A stretch of 64,000 bases of DNA from Octopus sinensis (lineage: Eukaryota), in assembly GCF_006345805.1 (NCBI RefSeq), contig NC_042998.1, positions 178,994,001-179,058,000 on the forward strand, read 5' to 3'. The notes beneath the pieces are model-generated. The model ran no database searches. It saw nothing but the letters and a program-made list of their open reading frames with translations, and was not told the DNA's origin. Shown one piece after another: positions 54,328 to 64,000 of this stretch. Each line of letters starts with the position of its first letter. Position 1 is the first letter of the stretch. Position numbers and translations under genes: made by a program.

Positions 54328-55622
54328 ATAAGTATATTTTTCCAAAAATACATGTTAATCATGGCATATCTCCGTAATATATGTAGAATTCTTTATTAAA
54401 TTTCCTTACAGAAGATAAATTAACTTATGCAACTTGAATAGCTTTATTATATAAGCCTTTATTTTAGTTATTGTTTTCAGTTGTTAAATTCAAAATAAGA
54501 AGCCAAATACATAAGCCAAGTAAAAAGAATGCTAAGATAACCGGAAAATAATATCTTTTTTTCCTTTTTCGCTGGAAGAGATTTGGTTCTCTGCTAAAAA
54601 TGCCATTGTGATTTTACTAGAAGTGAAATAAATTTCCTTTTAGTTAATTCATTAGTTTTCTTTTAAAAAGAATCCTTTATTTTCTACAAATTGTCTGATA
54701 TCTTATTTGACATTTCGTGCTCAGGGAATTTCATGACGTCAATAAGAAAATAAATTACTCTTTTTATTTTCTCTCTCCAGAAACAATGTTGATGTTCATT
54801 AAAATGTGTATAGATACGCAGTAATATCAATGGTGTTTTGATAAGTTCCAGGTAAGAAATACTGACTTCGATAATCAAGAAATCTAAGAAGCAATATATT
54901 ATAAAGTCTATGAAGCAGATTCCAATGAGAATAGCTTAAAACAAATTCACCTAGCAACTTAATTCTTCTTCGCTAAAAATATTAAGGCCAGAAGTGGATC
55001 CATGTACCTGCCTGTTCATTTGGCTAATCGTTTCTTCACTTCATTATCGAGGACGACCGCAGTGTGCTTAATTTTATATAATATTTCTGTTCACTTTAAC
55101 ACATTTGCAAATTTATTTAAGGGGGTAGTAGAATATAATAGTCATCATCTAGACTCTATAGGAACATAAAGTGAATAAAATACTTTACTGAGGAGAAAAT
55201 GCAAACTGCCACAAAACTGGAGTGTTTGTCAAAATAATCCAAAAGAAGTAAAGAAATTGTGATTCAGGAGATATTACATCATCTTTTCTACTCACCTGAT
55301 CCGATCCTTTCAGATAACTACTTGTTTACATTCAGCTAATATTCCTTTAAAGGAAGGAAATGTTATTGTTAAGACATTCTGGGATTATCAAAATCAATTG
55401 AATGATTTATTTTTATTCAAGAGGCTTTCGACTTGTGGTATAGGCATTGCAAATGAAAAAGCCCAAATTATTGTTAAAATGATGATTTATTTTCATCAGA
55501 GAACTTATGATAATTCTATTTCCTAAATAAGGTCCTACTTCTCTTTAGAAGAAAAAAAAATGACATTATTTTCCGGTGATCCCTGATCAAAAACAATACA
55601 AAAATATTGAATTATTACTTAC

Positions 55623-55784
55623 ATACGTTTTTATCTCCAGTTGTTTCTTTGGGGACATTTTTAGTCCTTGTTATTCGAGGTGAAGGGACTGGTTTTTTAT
55701 AACCAAACCTATTTTGTGTAGAAGGTGTCACTTCACTCTTATTAGGAGTTCCCTCAAATCTTTGATCAGATCGGTTCGAGTTTG
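55623..55784 (-). CDS. Upstream coding exon (NSNRSDQRFEGTPNKSEVTPSTQNRFGYKKPVPSPRITRTKNVPKETTGDKNV)
   Basis: ttgttcag acceptor, gtaagt donor; 162 bp, phase 1 to 1. In frame with the giant exon and of similar composition. Confidence 0.7.
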
Positions 55785-56145
55785 CTGAACAAATAAATTT
55801 GATCAAAAAACATGTTTATGAAGTGATGAAAAAACACCTTTTCTGAAATATAATGAAAAATTTAAATGTTCTACAATCCCAAATATATCGTTGGGTTACC
55901 ATCGAAGACTAATTTAGCTTTGTGAATAGCATCCACATCCTGGTTATTGATTTACAACGGTGATCGTTATTTCTGCAGTCTCAATCTCGCAGATCCCATT
56001 GTAAACATTTCGCTTAATCATTCCTTCCTCCAATTGGTTCCTTCAGTACCCACATTTTCCTCACAGGCATTGCCTATAAATAAATGTTCAAGTTCACTAG
56101 TCTAGCAATACGTCGTTTTTGGACTAAATATATAAATATTTAGTA

Positions 56146-56530
56146 AGAGTGACTGTGTGGTAAGTAGATTTCTTACCAACCACATGGTTCCGGGTTCAGT
56201 CCCACTGCGTGGCACCTAGGGCAAGTGTCTTCTAATATAGCCTCGGGCCGACCAAAGCCTTGCGAGTGGATTTGGTACACGGAAACTGAAACAAGCCCGT
56301 CGTATATATGTATGTGTGTGTCTGTGTTTGTGCCCCCCCCCACAACATCGCTTGACAACCGATGCTGGTGTGTTTACGCCCCCGTATCTTAGCGGTTCGG
56401 CAAAAGAGACCGATAGAATAAGTACTAGGCTTATAAAGAATAAGTCCTGGGGTCGATTTGCTCCACTAAAGGCGGTGCTCCAGCATGGCCACAGTCAAAT
56501 GACTGAAACAAGTAAAAGAGTAAAAGAGTA
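56146..56530 (+). mobile_element. SINE family B, full-length copy
   Basis: gagtgactgtgtggtaag..ggttcagtccc ... tail (gtaaaaga)n. Confidence 0.88.
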
Positions 56531-57110
56531 TATGTAAAAAAATAAAATTAAAAAAAAGAATGAGCTTGCTGTTAAAAGCGTCGAGTTTAATTAGCTATAC
56601 TGCATTTAATTACTCTCTATAATAATGACACTGTTTTGCTGACTGTGGGTAGCAATACCCAGATCTGAGAAACATGAAGCATTGTACTCCTATGTCAGTT
56701 ATACTTTACGTACGAATGAAGCGATTCTTTAATGTGAATTGATTTCAAGAGATGAATTTAAAAGTTCAAATTAAAATTTGTTCTACAATAACATCAGAGA
56801 AACTTTGTAAAACTATTTTCAAAATAATGATCATGGTGATGGTGGCTGCGATCAATTGAGGAATATACTATAGGAAAACCGATCCACATTTGCAACAATG
56901 GTTAAAAGCCACTCTTTGCTATGTTTCACTGCCATCATGTTATCGCTGCTATGACTAGAGTCCCATCATCGGGAATCGGGGATAAATTGCTGGTATCTAC
57001 CACGCTTTCATAGTTTTAGGTGTTTGTACTCGCGAGCAGATATTGATATTTACTTGGCCTCCGCCCACCTTGACCTCCAAAGAACATTCAGAAGAGTGTG
57101 TGTGTGTGTG

Positions 57111-57166
<56 letters not shown>

Positions 57167-57184
57167 TAAAGAGAGAGGGGGAGA

Positions 57185-57241
<57 letters not shown>

Positions 57242-57421
57242 TGACTGTTACTAGTACTGAGATGGTACTCATTTCAGTAGACTAAAGCAACGAGAAATGA
57301 AGTGATTTGCCCAAGAACACAACGCGCCACCTAGATCGGAATCGAATGCACTGTCTTACGATCTTAAACCTGCTAACACCCTAACAAGCAAGCCAGTGGA
57401 TAAAGCTGGGTCATAATCAAC

Positions 57422-57460
57422 ATTATGGTAGATCAATCTATCAGATTGATCTACCATAAT
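57422..57460. repeat. Perfect 18-bp hairpin
   Basis: attatggtagatcaatct-atc-agattgatctaccataat. Confidence 0.9.
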
Positions 57461-58020
57461 ATACCGGTATATAATGAGCTTGATACACGATCTAAGGTTG
57501 TATTGTAAACTATTTATTCTATGCACTCCAGATTAGAATCAAACTAAAAAAGCCAATTGTAATTTTGACAGAGAATTCGAGGACCTTGCTTTGGATCTGA
57601 GCATTAAAATGACTGATCGCTGACATGATCAGAAAGGAGATTCTAACCTGTTATAACAAGCTCGTAACTTAGAGAAAAAGTCACAAATCTACAGGTCTTG
57701 CACAGAGCAGGTTGGCTACTTCTCCGTTGCATGCGAAATCAAACGGGCATCTCTCACTCAGTGTAGATGTGTTACTCTAATATTCTGAAGGATCTGTTCT
57801 TAAAAACAAACAAACAAAAACAAACAAAAACAAACAAAAACAAACAAACAAACAAACTACAAGGAAGTCAAACGGAAGCGAAATGAAGACAACATAACAA
57901 CCACATTGAAAAGTTGTGGCCTTAATCATTCCGGCTCAGAAAACAATTGTTCGTCTTTAATAAGTGATAGTTTTGCATTTTGGAGCGATACTGTTTAAGG
58001 AAAACATTAAAGAATATATA

Positions 58021-58985
58021 AATACCTATTTCTTTATTACCCACAAGGGGCTAAACACAAAGAGGACAAACAAACGGATTAAGTCGATTATATCGACCCC
58101 AGTGCGTAACTGGTACTTATTTAATCGACCCTGAAAGGATGAAAGGCAAAGTCGACCTCGGCGGAATTTGAACTCAGAACACAGCGGCGGACGAAATACC
58201 TATTTCTTTACTACCCACAAGGGGCTAAACACAGAGAGGACAAACAAGGACAGACAAACGGATTAAGTCGATTATATCGACTCCAGTGCGTAACTGGTAC
58301 TTATTTAATCGACCCTGAAAAGATGAAAGGCAAAGTCGACCTCGGCGGAATTTGAACTCAGAACACAGCGGCGGACGAAATACCTATTTCTTTACTACCC
58401 ACAAGGGCCTAAACACAGAGAGGACAAACAAGGACAGACAAACGGATTAAGTCGATTATATCGACTCCAGTGCGTAACTGGTACTTATTTAATCGACCCC
58501 GAAAGGATGAAAGGCAAAGTCGACCTCGGCGGAATTTGAACTCAGAACGTAGCGGCAGACGAAATACCTATTTCTTTACTACCCACAAGGAGCTAAACAC
58601 AGAGAGGACAAACAAGGACAGACAAACGGATTAAGTCGATTATATCGACTCCACTGCGTAACTGGTACTTATTTATTCGACTCCGAAAGGATGAAAGGCA
58701 AAGTCGACCTCGGCGGAATTTGACCTCAGAACGTAGCAGCAGACGAAATACCTATTTCTTTATTACCCACAAGAGGCTAAACACAGAGAGGACAAACAAG
58801 GACAGACAAACGGATTGAGTCGGTTATATCGACCCCAGTGCGTAACTGGTACTTATTCAGTCGACCCCGAAAGGATGAAAGGCTAAGTCGACCTCGGCGG
58901 AATTTGAACTCAGAACGTAACGGCAGACGAAATACGGCTACGCATTTCGCTCGGCGTGCTAACGTTTCTACCAGCTCGCCGCCTT
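58021..58985 (-). mobile_element. SINE family A concatemer: one tRNA-like head plus five ~184-bp bodies under one 15-bp TSD
   Basis: ga(a/c)ctcagaac at 58170, 58354, 58538, 58722, 58906. attaaagaatatata at 58006-58020 and 58986-59000. Confidence 0.92.
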
Positions 58986-59105
58986 ATTAAAGAATATATA
59001 TATACCATAGAAAGGCTGAGCAAAATACATTTAAAATGTTCACCCAATGGAAGACTTTAGAAATCTTCAGACTTGATGCACAAATTCGAAAGAACAAAAA
59101 TAAAG

Positions 59106-59160
59106 AATGGACTAGGCCACCAACAATGGACTAGGCCACCAACAATGGACTAGGCCACCA
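59106..59160. repeat. 19-bp minisatellite, about 3 copies
   Basis: aatggactaggccaccaac repeated with no spacers. Confidence 0.9.
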
Positions 59161-59589
59161 GCTGTTAACATTATATGAAGCACTCGTTTTATGTTATTAG
59201 AAGATATTATATAGAGTCTAACAAAAGTATAGATTATCGATATAAAATGAATCACATACTAAGTTTAAGCTTGTCCTAAATTTACGGCCCAAACCGAAAC
59301 TAATACACACGCAATTAACATTCTAAATGTGTATTATATCTACGCAATGTTAATACCTCTTCGAATATGCTAAAAGCACGTTCGGACTTGTAAACAAGCC
59401 ATTCACTATGTTTTGTCATGGAGAAAATTTCTTGCTTAGCATATACGAACTTGTATTAACGTTGCGTTTTTACTTATAACCGCTTATTGCGCTCACCCCA
59501 TAATTTAATTACGATGAACCGTCGATTTGCGCTACCAGCCGACGTCTATCGATTGGGAAAACAAAAGAGAGATTGTCTCTCTCTCTCAC

Positions 59590-59621
59590 TGGCTCGCAGC
59601 GCCATCGCCCGGTTTCTGTGA
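59590..59621 (-). CDS. Candidate start-codon exon (ATG at 59605; MALRA + phase 1)
   Basis: Pyrimidine-rich acceptor ttatctcttcttcag, then GCGATGG, then donor A|gtgaga in phase 1 matching the 55784 exon. Too short to be sure. Confidence 0.3.
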
Positions 59622-60749
59622 CTGAAGAAGAGATAACTACTTCGAAATGCTTTCATCACACTGTCTGGATAGGTGGCGCTGTGAGCTGATTTAGGTGTAT
59701 CTACACCATAATGTCTACAGCGAGAAATTTTATCCATGACAAAACACTGAATGGTTTGTTTACATGTCCGAATATTCTTTTACCATATTCGAACTGGTAT
59801 TATCCTTGCATTTTTACTTATCACCGCATAGCACACTCAGCCCGTAATTTAATTATATCTACGAGTTGTATTTATTCCATTAAAATTATTCATTTTCGTA
59901 CTACGGATCCATAGTGTCAGTTTATAAATCTAGTTTCTCAAAAAATCTTTCCTTGGATTGGACGTCATTCTGACACACAGGTTAGAATTAAAGTTGACAC
60001 TGTAAGAGCTAACGAAGTTACTACTTACCTATGGAAAAAACACACACACACTGTCTGACAGTTTCTGCACATCTTTACTGCAAGTAAACACTATTTCCTA
60101 CTCTCATGAAAATATCTTCATTATTTTCCCTCAAGTAAGTAATGATGATCTTTAGCTACTTGATTATTCATAGTTTGATAATAAGATACGATTGTCTTTT
60201 TTAAAAACATTTCTATTCCGTGTTTCTGTTTACGTCTTGTCATTAAGCATAACTAAACATTGTAACAATGCAAACATTACATCAATGCAAACATTGCATC
60301 AATTTAAAATGTTGATCAATCTTCAGCTGCATAAAAATATGAAGATTGCTCTGAATTTTAAATTGATGTAATGTTTGCATTGTTCAATTAAATGGAGTCA
60401 CATGAAACGATCGTACTGCATTACCTCTGGATATCCTTGTTTCTTATTTTGATTATAATCACCTTATTTTAAATTATATTAATAATACCATACTAAATTC
60501 TGGCGCCTTCAACTTAGGTACCCTATTCATCTCAATCTAAATTTTACTGAACCTATCTACCATACCTAGGGTATATATATATATATATATAATTTCTTTA
60601 GGCAGCAGTAAGCAAATATGTACCAATAAGAAGGACTATAACCATCATTGTGACTGAGGGTATTATAAACACTTACATTGCTAGAAATAAGAGCTAAACG
60701 CTCTAATGCTGCAGTCAAAAAGTACATAATTATATACATACATGCAACG

Positions 60750-60820
60750 GTCGGGATATTCCCTGACCGATCGGTCAGTTTCAGCTTTCGCCGAAGCCTC
60801 TTCAGTGGGATCAGCCCGAC
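60750..60820 (-). ncRNA. Type I hammerhead ribozyme motif with extended stem I
   Basis: Minus strand gtcggg ctga tccca CTGAAGA GGCTTcggcgaAAGCT GAAA CTGAccgaTCGG TC aggga atat cccgac; GUC site; one A-A mismatch at the base of stem I. Confidence 0.65.
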
Positions 60821-62536
60821 TTGGCTGAATCCGGACGACGATCACTCACAGCATATATATCTACGCCATAGAAATCCATGGGTGATTTAGCGAATCGCTA
60901 ATGTATGTATACAAATAATTTATTTGAGTAGCAGCGACTCTTAAATAAATTACTGCTGCCTAAATAAATTATTTCTACACACATTAGTGATTCAAGGCAG
61001 TGCTCTAGCATGACCAGTGAAAAATAAAATATAAAATTTAACATAAAAATGAGTGAATTCAAAAAGAGTGCGTCCCCGGTTTGAATATATTGAAAAAGCA
61101 GAACTATAATAATTTATTATTTCGAAAAGACTTAATTTGATTTAAAAAAAAACAGAAGAAAAAAGCTTGTTGATAGCAGATTTCTGTATTATTTTCATAT
61201 ATTGATTTCTAAACATGTTATTATTTATAAAATAAATTTAGGTATTGTGTTACCGAATAATTATTGCTCTTTCTCAGTATGAAACACGAATATTTATTTT
61301 CTGTTTGTTCATTTTGTTTTGTATCAAATTCTCCATTCTGTTCGTTTCCATTCTAGACTCAGTGACTGAATACCATGATTTATGTTTCCCAAACTAATTC
61401 CCACAAGAATGTTCGTCATATTGTCGTATGCTTTACTATTTCGTAACAAAATCGGTCGAGCGCCGTTAAAATGCCATGTGACATTTAACTGCGCTCCTCT
61501 TAAGCTTTCAGTCCAAATATACATGCGTGCGTACGTGCGCGCGCACGTGTGTGTGATATTAATTTAGCGGTATTTCAGTTGCGTACGTTGAGTTTTTCTT
61601 CAGCCTGGCAAGCTTTCGCAACATCAGTGAATATTTAATCCACTGTTTTCTATACGTCGAGGCGCAAATTTCATTTAAGCAGGCGACAATCGGGTGCCTC
61701 CAGAAACATGAAACACATCTGCCGTTCTCATGAGTCACAGCAGCGGACAATTTTTGTCTCGTTCCGATGATATATTGTGTTTGTAACACAGTTCTATCCG
61801 AAGATTTAACCTCAGATAATTAGACCGCATCATGCCTTTTAACGGTGTATATGCATTTAGTGTGATACACTAATGGTGATATGTGTGTGTGTGTGTGTGT
61901 GTGTTCGTTGCATAGAATGGCATAGATGCGAACAAGAAAGATTGAACAGTGTATTAATTACTAAAAGCATAGTGAAACATCAGATTTTAGTTGAAAGCTG
62001 AAAACTTCTTAAATCGTTATACAGCAGAAATGAAGTAAACAGACCATTGGAAGAATACTTAATGGCAACCATATGCACCAATCAAAACAAATATTGAACA
62101 TCGATTGGTTGATACTTGCCCGCAGCTCAGGATACATCACATGATCGTTAAAGTAAACGTAAACATGTAAATAAAATGAAATAAAATAAAATAAACAAAA
62201 TAAAGACGAAAACAAAATAAACAAAAAATAATAGATAGATTGCTGTAGGAACGGAGAAGGAAGAAGAGGAAGAATAACGTAAATAATGAAGAGGAGTACA
62301 AGAGAGAAAAAAACAGAAGTAGAAAAAAAAATGAATCAGTGGAAAAGAAAAAAAAGTTCTAATCGACCAGGACTAGCCAAGACGTTTGAAGAAAAGAATC
62401 TTAGATGAGATTTGTTGTTGTTTTCAAGAGAAATCTATATAAATATGTGTGTGTGTGTGTGTGTGCGCGCGCGCGCGCGAGCGTATGTGCGTGTACATAT
62501 ATATATATATATATATATAATATATATATATATATT

Positions 62537-62604
<68 letters not shown>

Positions 62605-62669
62605 GTATATGTATATATATATGTGTATATATATCAATATCTATATACATTTATATCTATATATATCTA

Positions 62670-62744
<75 letters not shown>

Positions 62745-62898
62745 ATATATATATATATAAAACAACGATGGCGGCTATACACAATACAAACCAAGAGGAA
62801 AAATTCAATTGTGACTGAAAGTGCAGGGTAGCACCTACCTTGCTAGAAATGGGAGTCAGAGAGCCTTAGATCCGCAAAACAGCATTTGTCTATGCACT

Positions 62899-62966
<68 letters not shown>

Positions 62967-62967
<1 letters not shown>

Positions 62968-63173
62968 GAGGGGTTATTGAAAAGTTCCTGGCTTTAAGGG
63001 TATCGCAAAAAGCCTGGTTGGAGGCCCAACCTTCCGAATTCTTTAATAGGGCTTAGAAAAACCGAAGGATTGCTGCAATAAGTGTATGGATCTGAGAAGG
63101 GAATATGTTGAATAAAATGATAATTAACTGATCATCCTGTATTTACCCAAAGCCAGGAACTTTTCAACCCCTC
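62967..63173. mobile_element. mariner-derived MITE
   Basis: TIR cgaggggttattgaaaagttcctggcttt / aaagccaggaacttttcaacccctc. Second copy at 36507-36712. Confidence 0.8.
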
Positions 63174-64000
63174 CACACACATTTATAAGATGAGTATATA
63201 AGGGTAAATTAACTATGTGGGTCCCGTAATAACTTTCAGGTATATTCCAGGTTCCGGCTAACCACATCAAGTAGTAATAAACACCAATGGTCCCTTAGTG
63301 TGGGCAATCCCGCTGTAATTCTTCTGATGAGTAAATCTGGGTTCGTTTCCTTGGATTATGAATATTTTCGGGAGTGTAAATTCTATACAATTACAAAGAA
63401 TACATCTTAAAATTTTTCTGTTAACATTACCTTACGTTATATTCAGAATCGTAAGCACGTTGGGCTAAATGCTTAGTCGCATTTCGCCCGTCTTTACGTT
63501 CTGAGTTCAAATTTCGCCGAGATCCTTTCATCCTTTCGAGGTCGATAAAATAAGGAACAGTTGAGTATAGAGGTCGATGTTTATGTATAATGATTGTGAA
63601 GAGAATAAAGTGGTTAATTCAATTAGTTATTCATTTACATATATTTTTGTGTAAAAAATATGAATGTATGTATGTTTGTATGTATGAATATATATGAATG
63701 CATATATTGTTTTTTTTTTATGAGCAGAATGGCGCAGTGGACGCATGATGGGTCAATAACCTAGAGCTCTGTAGATCGAAGCTATGTTTTGCGGAAAATG
63801 GATATTACTTTTAATATTTACACACCACACAAATATACTAACCACAAATAGGCCTGGCTGTGTGGTAAGCAGTTTGCTTCTCAACCGCATGCTCCAAGTT
63901 CAGTCCCACTGTGTGACGCCTTGGGCAAGTAACTTGTTCTATAATCTCGGGCCGATTAAAGCCTTGTGAGTGGATTTGGTAGATGGAAACCGAAAGGAGC

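Noticed and set aside
55296-55344. Small exon ending at a strong CAG|gtgagt donor
   Set aside because: The phase-1 reading hits TGA; it would need another indel. A poison or non-coding exon cannot be excluded.
58021-58985. Regular repeat array as CRISPR
   Set aside because: Whole 184-bp units repeat with no unique spacers, they match a dispersed SINE, and there are no cas genes.
59106-59160. 19-bp direct repeats as CRISPR or iterons
   Set aside because: Contiguous tandem copies with no spacers in eukaryotic DNA.
59616-59660. Plus-strand hammerhead-like CTGAAGA..GAAA TGC TT
   Set aside because: Weak stems and a poor cleavage triplet; equally explained as the antisense of a splice acceptor.

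Overview
AT-rich, microsatellite-dense eukaryotic DNA. The SINE/RTE/mariner repeat landscape is typical of a coleoid cephalopod, probably Octopus (inference). One multi-exon gene on the minus strand dominates. Eight phase-consistent GT-AG exons (28885 to 1222) encode an F-box followed by an LRR-like region that I recognise as FBXO41-like; the last exon lies outside the window. Upstream on the same strand are a ~5.93 kb giant exon (53733 to 47804), a 162-bp exon and a candidate ATG exon. The giant exon is broken by a single 1-nt frameshift and encodes an acidic/Ser-rich disordered region with 11 tandem ~65-68 aa repeats. All three are phase-compatible with the F-box exon, but the link is inferred. 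The introns hold tRNA-derived SINEs, RTE and R4/Dong LINE fragments, Tc1/mariner relics and MITEs, a Helitron, an 8-bp-TSD TIR element, several long inverted repeats and two ~0.75-0.8 kb tandem duplications. Most notable are the giant-exon repeat protein, several type I hammerhead-ribozyme motifs in Penelope-like inverted-repeat relics, and a five-unit SINE concatemer inserted under one 15-bp TSD. No rRNA, true tRNA or CRISPR array was found. All family assignments come from recall of motifs, not database searches.
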